Assembly: GCA_041170745.1 (NCBI GenBank)
Contig: JBEDNE010000075.1
Coordinates: forward strand, 1 to 59,524
Direction: 5' to 3'
From: Pseudomonadota bacterium
GTDB taxonomy: Bacteria; Pseudomonadota; Alphaproteobacteria; Sphingomonadales; Sphingomonadaceae
Length of the DNA stretch: 59,524 bases
Part shown: piece by piece, positions 44,761 to 53,486 of the stretch
Position numbering within the stretch: position 1 is the stretch's first letter
How the letters are laid out: each line of letters begins with the position of its first letter
The notes under the pieces: generated by a model
Told to the model about the DNA's origin: nothing
What the model saw: the letters and a program-made list of their open reading frames with translations, nothing else
Database searches by the model: none
Program-made: the position numbers and the translations under genes

Positions 44761-46192
44761 TAAACCCCTAAAATCCTATATTAATGGACAGTGGGTCGCG
44801 CCGTTAACGTCAACGCAGACGCTTGAGGCGATTAACCCCGCAACCGAAGAGGCTTGCGCGACCATTGCCTTATGCGGGCCTGACGATGTGGACCGCGCCG
44901 TTCAGGCCGCCCGCGCAGCCTTTGATGCCTATTCCGCTATGCCACTTGAGAACAGGCTCGCGCTTGTTGAAAAGCTGATCAGCATTTTTGAGCGGCGCTA
45001 TGACGAGATGGTTTCTGCCATTTCAACCGAAATGGGCGCGCCTTATGACCTGTCTTTCAATGCACAGGCTGAATGCGGCCCGGGTCATTTGAAGGAAACC
45101 GTCCGCGCGGCACGCAGCATGAATTGGGACAGCCCAATCGGCTCAACGGGTAACCTAACCTATGAAGCCGTGGGTGTCTGCGTGCTGATTACGCCTTGGA
45201 ACTGGCCGATCAATCAACTCGCGGCGAAAATTGGCCCGGCACTTGTTGCAGGGTGCACGATGGTGCTGAAACCCAGCGAGATTTCTCCACTCTCTGCCCA
45301 GCTTTTTGCCGAATTTATTGACGAAGCGGGCTTCCCAACGGGCGTGTTCAACATGGTTCATGGCACGGGCGCCATGATCGGCAATGCCCTGACCGGCCAC
45401 CCAGAGGTGGATATGGTGTCCTTTACTGGGTCAACACGCGCCGGGATCCAGATTGCGAAATCTGCGGCAGATACGGTAAAACGTGTTTCGCAAGAACTTG
45501 GCGGTAAATCAGCCAATATCATTTTTGCCGATGCAGGGCTGGATGCTGCTGTGACCCGCGGTATCCTTCACTGTTTTGGCAACACAGGCCAATCCTGCAA
45601 TGCGCCAACGCGGATGCTGGTTGAAGCGTCGGCGTATGACGCCGCCGTTGAAATTGCAGCCCGCGTTGCAGCTGGTGTGACGCTGGGCGATCCGATGGAA
45701 AAGGGCCCGCATCTGGGGCCCGTGGTCAGCAAAGCACAGTTTGATAAGATTCAGGCGCTGATCAAAGCCGGGATTGATGAAGGCGCGCAGCTTGTGGCGG
45801 GTGGCCTTGGGCGCGCCGAGGGCTTTGATCGCGGCTATTACGTAAAGCCAACCATCTTTGCCCATGTGCACAATAAGATGACGATTGCGCAGGAAGAAAT
45901 CTTTGGGCCTGTGCTGGTCATGATTCCCTTTGCGGATGAGGCGGAGGCCATTCATATTGCGAATGATACGCCCTATGGCCTTGCCGGCTATATTCAGTCT
46001 GGGGATTTAGAGCGCGCACGCCGCGTTGCCCGCAAAATTCGTGCTGGCAGCATTTACCTCAATGGCGCGGGGCAAGATTATTGCTCTCCCTTTGGGGGAT
46101 ATAAGCAATCAGGCAATGGCCGTGAATGGGGCGTTTTTGGCCTTCACGACTTCCTAGAAATCAAAGTGATCAATGGGTTTAATCCAGCATGA
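44753..46192 (+). CDS. Aldehyde dehydrogenase
   Basis: PWNWP, KPSE, FTGST, ELGGKS, QSCNAP, EEIFGP. Confidence 0.93.
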   Translation: MFDKPLKSYINGQWVAPLTSTQTLEAINPATEEACATIALCGPDDVDRAVQAARAAFDAYSAMPLENRLALVEKLISIFERRYDEMVSAISTEMGAPYDLSFNAQAECGPGHLKETVRAARSMNWDSPIGSTGNLTYEAVGVCVLITPWNWPINQLAAKIGPALVAGCTMVLKPSEISPLSAQLFAEFIDEAGFPTGVFNMVHGTGAMIGNALTGHPEVDMVSFTGSTRAGIQIAKSAADTVKRVSQELGGKSANIIFADAGLDAAVTRGILHCFGNTGQSCNAPTRMLVEASAYDAAVEIAARVAAGVTLGDPMEKGPHLGPVVSKAQFDKIQALIKAGIDEGAQLVAGGLGRAEGFDRGYYVKPTIFAHVHNKMTIAQEEIFGPVLVMIPFADEAEAIHIANDTPYGLAGYIQSGDLERARRVARKIRAGSIYLNGAGQDYCSPFGGYKQSGNGREWGVFGLHDFLEIKVINGFNPA

Positions 46193-47376
46193 AGCTGACT
46201 GATATCGAAACCTTTGTTGTTGGTAATCCCCCGCCCCATTTCGGTGGCCGCTATTTCGTATTCGTCAAGATGACGACCGATGATGGCCTATCAGGCGTGG
46301 GCGAAGCCTATTGCGTGCCATTTGAGCCGCATCTGGTCGCGAAGATGATCGAGGATGTTTTTGCCCGCTATTTGGCTGGGCATGATCCGCACAATATCGA
46401 GTCCATATGGCGGCGCGTATACTCAAGCGGGTTTACGCAACACCCAGACCTGACCCTCATGGGCGTGTTGTCGGCTCTGGAAATGGCCTGCTGGGACATT
46501 GTGGGCAAAGCCGCCAATCAACCTGTCTATAAGCTATTGGGTGGGCAGGTGCATGAGCGGCTTCGGGCCTATACCTATATTTATCCGCGACCGGGCGACA
46601 AAACGGATGTCTATCACGACCCCGATTTGGCAGCCGAACGGGCCGCACTTTACCTGTCACAGGGCTTTACGGCGCTGAAATTTGATCCAGCCGGCCCTTA
46701 TTCCGCGTTTGATGGGCGCCAATTGTCGCTAGAGGCGCTCGATCTGTCTGAACGTTTCTGCAAGCAACTGCGTGCCGCGGTTGGCAATAAGGCGGATCTG
46801 CTGTTCGGCACACATGGGCAAATGACGGCAGCAGGTGCCATTCGCCTCGCGAAGCGGCTCGAACCTTATGATCCGCTGTGGCTGGAAGAGCCCGTGCCGC
46901 CCGATGCTCCTGAAGAAATGGCGAAAGTTGCCCGCGGCACCAGCATTCCCATTGCAACGGGCGAACGGCTGACCACAAAATATGATTTTGCACGCCTTTT
47001 AAAAGCGGGGGGTGCCGCCATCCTTCAAATGAATTTGGGGCGCGTTGGCGGGATTTTAGAAGCCAAGAAAATTGCCAGCATGGCTGAAGTATATCATGCG
47101 CAGATTGCGCCGCATTTATATTGCGGGCCAATTGTGGGCGCTGCGAATATCCAGATTGCGACCTGCTCTCCCAATTTCTTGATCCTTGAGAGCATTGAGG
47201 ATTGGGGCGGTTTCCATAGTGAAATTCTCAAGACGCCGATCCAGTTTGAGAATGGCCATGTCATCCCCCCAACCGCACCGGGCCTTGGCGTAGAACTGAA
47301 TGAAGAGGTTGCCCGCGCAAATCCCTATACGGGCACGATGCTGCACCTCGAGATGACACAGCACCCAGTTCAATGA
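46189..47376 (+). CDS. Enolase superfamily (mandelate racemase subgroup) enzyme
   Basis: CWDIVGK, KFD, GTHGQ, WLEEP, ATGER, APH. Confidence 0.9.
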   Translation: MKLTDIETFVVGNPPPHFGGRYFVFVKMTTDDGLSGVGEAYCVPFEPHLVAKMIEDVFARYLAGHDPHNIESIWRRVYSSGFTQHPDLTLMGVLSALEMACWDIVGKAANQPVYKLLGGQVHERLRAYTYIYPRPGDKTDVYHDPDLAAERAALYLSQGFTALKFDPAGPYSAFDGRQLSLEALDLSERFCKQLRAAVGNKADLLFGTHGQMTAAGAIRLAKRLEPYDPLWLEEPVPPDAPEEMAKVARGTSIPIATGERLTTKYDFARLLKAGGAAILQMNLGRVGGILEAKKIASMAEVYHAQIAPHLYCGPIVGAANIQIATCSPNFLILESIEDWGGFHSEILKTPIQFENGHVIPPTAPGLGVELNEEVARANPYTGTMLHLEMTQHPVQ

Positions 47377-49001
47377 CCGAAACATTCGACTATGTCATTG
47401 TCGGTGCGGGCACCGCAGGCTGCGTGCTCGCCAATCGCCTCGCCGCCGATGGCAAGACGCGCGTCTTGCTGTTGGAAGCCGGCGGCTCGGATCAGACGGT
47501 CTGGATCCAACTGCCAATTGGTTATGGCCGAACCTTTTTCGATCGCAAAATCAATTGGATGTACGACACTGAGGCCGTCCCTGGTCTGGGTGGCCGAGAG
47601 AGTTATTGGCCGCGTGGTAAGGTTATTGGGGGCTCTGGCTCAATCAATGCAATGGTCCATGTGCGAGGCCAGCCGCATGATTTTGACGATTGGGCAGCGC
47701 TGGGCAATGCTGGGTGGGGCTGGACTGATGTTCTTCCCTATTTCAAAAAAGCCGAAGATCATGATCTTGGAGAAAGCGCCTATCATGGCGCTGGTGGGCC
47801 GCAGCATGTGACGGATATCAGCGCCCATGCGCACCCGCTATGCCAGACATTTATCGCGGCGGGCAAAGCCCTCCAACTCCCCTATGCGCCAGATCTTAAC
47901 GCGCCCGACGGCGAAGGCGTTGGCATATATCAAATCAACACGCGCAAAGGGCGTCGCGCCTCAACCGCCAATGAATATCTTCGCCCTGCCCTGCGCAATG
48001 GTAACGTAACGCTGCGCACGAAAAGCCATGCAACGCGCATTTTGTTTGAAGGCAAACGTGCCATTGGTGTCGAATATCGCCACGGCACCACGCGCAAACA
48101 AGCCTGGGCAAGGTCAGAAATCATCTTGTCAGGCGGATCCATCAATTCGCCCCAATTGCTCAATCTCTCGGGCATTGGCCGCGCAGACCATCTCAAATCT
48201 CTAGGAATTGAGGTTCTGAACGATGCTCCGGCCGTGGGCCAGAACATGCAGGATCATCTGGCCGTTAGCTATTTCTACAAAACATCCGTCCCCACCCTGA
48301 ATGATGAACTGCGGCCCTTAACGGGCAAGATTAAGGCTGGCCTGCGCTATCTGTGGGATCGCGGCGGCCCCCTTTCCATGAGCGTCAATCAAGGCGGCGG
48401 TTTTGTCCGCAGCCATCCAGACGCACCTCGCGTCAATCTGCAGCTTTATTTCAGCCCGGTGAGTTATACCGGAACCCCGTTGTCTGAGCGCAAACTTTTG
48501 AATCCCGACCCATTTTCTGCCTTTTTGCTGTCGTTCAACAGTTGCCGACCAACCAGCCGAGGCTGGCTTGAGCTGAAATCTCCGGATCCCTTTGAGTATC
48601 CCAGCATCCAGCCTAATTATTTGACCACGCAGCTTGATATTGAGGAAGCAATTGCTGGCACGCGCATGCTGCGGGCCTTGGCGCGCACCTCTCCCTTGGC
48701 GGATATCATCACGGAAGAACTGGTGCCAGGCGCGCATTTGCAAGGGGATGATGCGCTTTTGGAAGATTTCCGGCAGCGGGCAGATACAGTTTATCACCCA
48801 ACCTCAACGTGCATGATGGGCAATGACTCCAAGACTGCTGTCGTTGACACCAGATTGCGCGTGTACGGGGTTCAGGGTCTGCGTGTGGTTGATGCGTCGA
48901 TCTTCCCGACCATTACCTCGGGCAACATCAACGCGCCAACGGTGATGGTTGCAGAAAAGGCGGCTGCCATGATCTTAGAGGACCGCGCGGGCAAAGCGTG
49001 A
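47373..49001 (+). CDS. GMC family oxidoreductase (choline dehydrogenase-like)
   Basis: GAGTAG, GGSGSINAM, YHP..TC.MG, VDASIFP, GNINAP. Confidence 0.92.
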   Translation: MTETFDYVIVGAGTAGCVLANRLAADGKTRVLLLEAGGSDQTVWIQLPIGYGRTFFDRKINWMYDTEAVPGLGGRESYWPRGKVIGGSGSINAMVHVRGQPHDFDDWAALGNAGWGWTDVLPYFKKAEDHDLGESAYHGAGGPQHVTDISAHAHPLCQTFIAAGKALQLPYAPDLNAPDGEGVGIYQINTRKGRRASTANEYLRPALRNGNVTLRTKSHATRILFEGKRAIGVEYRHGTTRKQAWARSEIILSGGSINSPQLLNLSGIGRADHLKSLGIEVLNDAPAVGQNMQDHLAVSYFYKTSVPTLNDELRPLTGKIKAGLRYLWDRGGPLSMSVNQGGGFVRSHPDAPRVNLQLYFSPVSYTGTPLSERKLLNPDPFSAFLLSFNSCRPTSRGWLELKSPDPFEYPSIQPNYLTTQLDIEEAIAGTRMLRALARTSPLADIITEELVPGAHLQGDDALLEDFRQRADTVYHPTSTCMMGNDSKTAVVDTRLRVYGVQGLRVVDASIFPTITSGNINAPTVMVAEKAAAMILEDRAGKA

Positions 49002-49013
49002 ATTTAATTTACC
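48998..49013 (+). promoter_or_regulatory. Operator half-site upstream of LysR gene (possible autoregulation)
   Basis: GTGAATTTAATTTACC (T-N11-A); shares AATTTAATTTACCG exactly with 38482-38495. Confidence 0.6.
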
Positions 49014-49055
49014 GGTTGCCGAACAGCGATTAGCCTTGCATCATATGTCGGGAGG

Positions 49056-49991
49056 ATGATGGTGCAGAACAAAATCGAACTTAGAAAACTGCCGCCTTTA
49101 AAGGCACTTCGCGGTTTTGAGGCAGCAACCCGGCATCAAAGCATTCGTGAAGCGGCAGATGAGCTGTGCCTGACGCACCCGGCTGTCAGCCATCAAGTCC
49201 AGTTGATTGAAGAGGCACTGGGCGTCACCTTGTTTGCCCAAGAAGGCCGCCATATTGTCTCAACCGAGGCCGGCCGTGTTCTTTACCCCTATGTTCGCAG
49301 CGCTTTTGAATCTCTTTTGGAAGGCGTTGAGGCAGTCCATCGCACCGCATTGGACAAACCGTTGCGCGTGCAGACCTATGTTACAGCCTCCATCCGCTGG
49401 CTGGCCAAACGCGTCCCTCAATTTCTGCACGATCATCCCGAAGTCAAACTGACGCTAAGCACCTGCGCCGTCGATTGGGATTTTGATGATGTCCATGCAG
49501 ATGTTGGGCTAGTCTATTGCGAAGACGTGCCCAATCCGGCGAAATATCACTGGGAACCGCTGTTCGATTATGCACTCTACCCCGTATGCAGCCCAGACTT
49601 TCTGGCCAAAATTGACACCCCTGTGACCATCGACGCACTGATGGCCCAGCCTCTGGTCGCCATCTATACCGAGGTTCAAAACTGGGAAACTTGGGTCACA
49701 TCGGCGGGCGGCACCTTTCAGCCAGCAGCCCCATTTCTCATGGTCGATACGCTGGCCGTCGCGCTGGAAATGGCACTAAATGGCGAAGGTATTGCCTTGG
49801 TCAACGGCCCCTTTGTTGAGCAAGATCTTGCCTCGGGCCGCTTGGTCCAGCCAATTTCACACAAAGCCCTCTGCCCCGGCGCCTGGGGCCTTATTTGCCG
49901 CAAGGATATGAGAGAGAATTTGCGCATCCGGACCTTCATGGACTGGGTGGTCCGCAATGTTGCCGACGCGCGCAAATCAGGCGAGGTTTAA
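49056..49991 (+). CDS. LysR family regulator, GcvA-like
   Basis: LPPLKALRGFEAA.RH.S...AA.EL..T..AVSHQ HTH; PVCSP; G.GIAL. Confidence 0.93.
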   Translation: MMVQNKIELRKLPPLKALRGFEAATRHQSIREAADELCLTHPAVSHQVQLIEEALGVTLFAQEGRHIVSTEAGRVLYPYVRSAFESLLEGVEAVHRTALDKPLRVQTYVTASIRWLAKRVPQFLHDHPEVKLTLSTCAVDWDFDDVHADVGLVYCEDVPNPAKYHWEPLFDYALYPVCSPDFLAKIDTPVTIDALMAQPLVAIYTEVQNWETWVTSAGGTFQPAAPFLMVDTLAVALEMALNGEGIALVNGPFVEQDLASGRLVQPISHKALCPGAWGLICRKDMRENLRIRTFMDWVVRNVADARKSGEV

Positions 49992-51482
49992 CCAGGCTGA
50001 CTTGGACTGCATATACCCAGCAAGGCATTCCAGCGACTTGTCACGCGTATTGCCTGACTGTTTATAGCCCCCAAAAGGCTGAGTCATATCGCCATCACCG
50101 AAACAATTGACCCAAACAACACCAGCCTCAAGCGCCTTGACCATGCGATGCGCCCGCCGGACATCAGATGTCCACACACTGGCGGCAAGGCCATAGACAG
50201 AATCATTGGCAAGCGCGATGGCCTCTTCTTCGCGCTCAAATCGGAAGAGCGCTGCCACAGGCCCAAAAATTTCGTCACGCCCAACGGCCATATCGGGCGT
50301 TACCCCCGTGAAAAGTGTGGGTTGCACATAGGCGCCCGCAGGCCGCGCGGCATCTGCTGCGCCACCCAAAGCAAGAGCAGCGCCATCTGCCATGCCGCGC
50401 ATAATATGCCCCAGAACGGAATGCTGATGCGTATGGCTGACCACGGGTCCAAGACTGGTCGCCGGATCCAGCGGATCACCCGGCGCATAAAGGCTGACTG
50501 CGCGCTCAACAAAGCGGTCAACAAAAGCATCATGAAGGTCGGCATGGACCAGCAGGCGTGATCCCGCATTACAGACTTGGCCTGCATTGTCGAAAATGCC
50601 CATGATGGCGCGGTCAACTGCGGTGTTCAGGTCTTGCAGATCAGGCATGAAGATCTGCGGGCTTTTGCCGCCTGTCTCCAGCGACACGCGCTTCAAATTG
50701 CTCTCACCGGCATAGATCAACAACTGCTTGCCAACGCCGGTTGAGCCAGTGAAACTGATCTTTGCGACATCCGGGTGAAGGGCAAGCGCCCTGCCCGCAT
50801 CATGACCATAGCCCGTGACAACGTTGAACACGCCCGCTGGGCCGCCTGCTTCGACAAAAAGCTGGGCCAAGCGGATGCAAGACAGGGCAGCCTTTTCCGA
50901 GGGCTTCAGGACAACGCAATTGCCTGCTGCAAGTGCTGGAGCCACCTTCCAAGCCGCCATTAACAGCGGATAATTCCATGGGGAAATTGCGCCCACCACT
51001 CCCAAGGGTTCACGCATGACCATATGCAGGGCGTCCTGCGGGCTATTTGTCACACTGCCTGAAACTTTGTCGATCGCCTCTCCAAAATAGCGAATGGTGA
51101 CAAGGCTTTCGGGCAGATCAATGGTGAGGGCATCGGTAATGGGCTTCCCCATTGTCAGCGTTTCCATCAGCGCAAGGTCTGGCGCATGCGCTTCAACAAG
51201 GTCTGCCCAACGCCGGAAAATATCCATTCGGGTGCGCGGCGTCAGATACCGCCAACGGCCATCGTCCCACGCCTGCTTGGCGGACGCCACAGCGCGGTCA
51301 ATATCCGCTGCACTGCCACAGGCCATTTCAGCAATTTTGGCGCCATTTGCGGGATTAATGGCCTCTATGACCGCGCCATCCTGCGCGGCGCAAGATTGGC
51401 CCTCAATGAATAAGCCTGCGTCAACCGAAAGCGCAGCAGCCCGTGCTTGCCAACCGGCATAATCAATCGACATGTTGGTCAT
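49977..51482 (-). CDS. Aldehyde dehydrogenase (PuuC/aminoaldehyde dehydrogenase-like)
   Basis: PWNYPL, KPSEKA, ETGGKSP, QVCNAGSRL, PFGGYKQSG..RDKS. Confidence 0.9.
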   Translation of the reverse strand: MTNMSIDYAGWQARAAALSVDAGLFIEGQSCAAQDGAVIEAINPANGAKIAEMACGSAADIDRAVASAKQAWDDGRWRYLTPRTRMDIFRRWADLVEAHAPDLALMETLTMGKPITDALTIDLPESLVTIRYFGEAIDKVSGSVTNSPQDALHMVMREPLGVVGAISPWNYPLLMAAWKVAPALAAGNCVVLKPSEKAALSCIRLAQLFVEAGGPAGVFNVVTGYGHDAGRALALHPDVAKISFTGSTGVGKQLLIYAGESNLKRVSLETGGKSPQIFMPDLQDLNTAVDRAIMGIFDNAGQVCNAGSRLLVHADLHDAFVDRFVERAVSLYAPGDPLDPATSLGPVVSHTHQHSVLGHIMRGMADGAALALGGAADAARPAGAYVQPTLFTGVTPDMAVGRDEIFGPVAALFRFEREEEAIALANDSVYGLAASVWTSDVRRAHRMVKALEAGVVWVNCFGDGDMTQPFGGYKQSGNTRDKSLECLAGYMQSKSAWLNLA

Positions 51483-51499
51483 AACGCCACCTTTACCCG

Positions 51500-52453
51500 T
51501 TAGCGCTTGGGAACGACCTCATAGCCCGGCTCTTCAGGCTCATCATCCACCATTTGCGCCGGGAAGCCGGTGCCGAGAACCTTAATCCCCAACGGCTCTT
51601 CATACCGGCGAATAATATTGGGCGAGAATTCCCGGGGGCCGTAAGCCGCCTCAGCTTCCTTGAACAAGCGCACAATCAGCGGCGACATTTCGACGGGGAC
51701 ACCCGCACCTTGGGCAATCTTGTCGAACAGGCCAATGTCCTTTGAAACCAAATCCATCGTGAAATTAATGTCGCGGCTGCCGTTTAGGATAACCTGGCTC
51801 TCTGTCTCATGAACAAAGCTGTTGCCGGACGAGATTTTAATCGCCTCATATGTTGTGTTCATGTCAAGACCAATAGCCTTGCAGGTCGTCAGTGCTTCAG
51901 CCAACGCGACGAGGTGGACCGTGCACAAATAGTTGGTCATCACCTTCAGCTGAGATGCCGTTCCAAGGTCTCCCGTGTGCAGAATGCGGCGCCCCATGGT
52001 CGTCAACACTGGCAAAACATACTCAAAAGCGGCGCGCGGCCCGCCTGCAAAAATGGCAATATTGCCCGTATCCGCACGGTGGCACCCGCCCGAAACCGGG
52101 CATTCCATGAACATCGCGCCGCGCGCCTCAACCAGCGCACCAAGGCGGATCACTTCCTCATAATCAGTCGTGCTCATTTCCATCCAGACTTGGCCGGGGC
52201 GCATGATCTGAAGAAAGCCATCCTCCCCTTCAGCAACAGCCGCGCTGGCCGCTGGTGACGGCAAGCAGGTGATAATGATGTCAACGGCTTCGCCCAACTC
52301 ACGCGGCGATGCAGCAGATTTGGCGCCACGCCCCACATAGTCTGCCACCAGCGCTGGATCGAGATCGCGCACCGTGACGTCATGGCCGTTGCGGATCAAG
52401 CTGCCGGCGAGCTTGCCACCAACATTGCCAAGGCCGATAAAACCGATCTTCAT
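51500..52453 (-). CDS. Beta-hydroxyacid dehydrogenase family NAD(P)-dependent oxidoreductase
   Basis: IGFIGLGNVG, MST, CPVSGG, LKVMTN (catalytic Lys), KD. Confidence 0.88.
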   Translation of the reverse strand: MKIGFIGLGNVGGKLAGSLIRNGHDVTVRDLDPALVADYVGRGAKSAASPRELGEAVDIIITCLPSPAASAAVAEGEDGFLQIMRPGQVWMEMSTTDYEEVIRLGALVEARGAMFMECPVSGGCHRADTGNIAIFAGGPRAAFEYVLPVLTTMGRRILHTGDLGTASQLKVMTNYLCTVHLVALAEALTTCKAIGLDMNTTYEAIKISSGNSFVHETESQVILNGSRDINFTMDLVSKDIGLFDKIAQGAGVPVEMSPLIVRLFKEAEAAYGPREFSPNIIRRYEEPLGIKVLGTGFPAQMVDDEPEEPGYEVVPKR

Positions 52454-52512
52454 CCGTGCATTTCCCTCAATTTTGCCAAGTCATGCGGTTAACCCGACCG
52501 GCCAGTCTTTCT

Positions 52513-52551
52513 ACAAATGAAAAATTTGGCGGCAGAGGTGAAAATTTTTTC
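52513..52551 (-). promoter_or_regulatory. Bipartite operator copy 2 (upstream of beta-HAD/ALDH)
   Basis: Minus strand GAAAAAATTTTCACC-N18-ATTTGT. Confidence 0.65.
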
Positions 52552-52557
52552 TGGCGT

Positions 52558-53322
52558 CTATCGTGCTTTGAGGCGCAACGCATCCCAACTGGCGTCAGCA
52601 GTCCAGCCCCCATCGACAGGCAGCGTAACACCATTCACAAAGGCCCCGTCATCCGCCAAAAATGCAATGGCAGCCGCTACATCTTCGGGTTTAGCAAAAC
52701 GTGCCATGGGCACGCGATTGATGATGTCCGCATCACCATAAGCCCCAGATCCTTGGTCGGCCACGTCCATTTCCGTCTTGATCCAGCCCGGACACACAGC
52801 ATTCACACGAACACCGCGCCCGCCCCATTCCGCGGCCAATGTCCGCGTCATGCCAATCAACCCATGTTTCGAGGCATTATAGGCTGTGCGATGGATCACA
52901 CCCCGCAGCCCCGCAATAGAGGCGATGTTGACGATGCTTCCTTTGCCCTTGGCCAGCATTTGGAGACCAAAGGCTTTGCTTAAGAGGAATGGACCAGCCA
53001 AATTAATCGCCATAACGCGCTGCCACTGATCAAAACTCGTCTCTTCCGCCGGACAAATCAGGCTGATTCCCGCATTGTTGATCAGAATATCTGCGCCGCC
53101 ATGGTCCGCCGCGACCTTCGCTGCGAGATCCGCAACAAAGCTTTCCGAGGACACATCGCCTGACAAGTGCGAGACGCTAAGCCCCTCTGAAGACAGCGCT
53201 GCCGCTTGATCGGCAAGCGGTTGCACGTCCGTCATCACCACGTGATGGCCCTTTTGGCCAAGCATTCGCGCCGTAACCAGCCCTACGCCTTGTGCCGCAC
53301 CCGTGACTATGGCTGTCTTCAT
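52558..53322 (-). CDS. SDR family oxidoreductase
   Basis: TGAAQGVG, NNAG, S...YNASK, NAVCPG, VDGG. Confidence 0.92.
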   Translation of the reverse strand: MKTAIVTGAAQGVGLVTARMLGQKGHHVVMTDVQPLADQAAALSSEGLSVSHLSGDVSSESFVADLAAKVAADHGGADILINNAGISLICPAEETSFDQWQRVMAINLAGPFLLSKAFGLQMLAKGKGSIVNIASIAGLRGVIHRTAYNASKHGLIGMTRTLAAEWGGRGVRVNAVCPGWIKTEMDVADQGSGAYGDADIINRVPMARFAKPEDVAAAIAFLADDGAFVNGVTLPVDGGWTADASWDALRLKAR

Positions 53323-53386
53323 GTATTCACACCTCTATAAATCATCCGTAAATTAAGCCCGTAGCAGGCCGTTGGTCGTGCGATCC

Positions 53387-53426
53387 GAAAATTTTTTGAA
53401 CCAATGAAGGCATAATCAAAATTTGT
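53387..53426 (+). promoter_or_regulatory. Bipartite operator copy 3 (upstream of GcvT operon)
   Basis: GAAAATTTTTTGAACC-N18-ATTTGT. Confidence 0.6.
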
Positions 53427-53486
53427 CGGGGCTCGTCGCGACCGCTTATGGTCAAGTTTAAACAGGTATGAGGATCGGACGGCACC

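Noticed and set aside
46189-47376. Calling the enolase dgoD or hpbD
   Set aside because: Active-site motifs deviate and the sugar-acid context is absent.
47373-49001. Calling the GMC enzyme betA
   Set aside because: Only family-level motifs; no betB/betI context.
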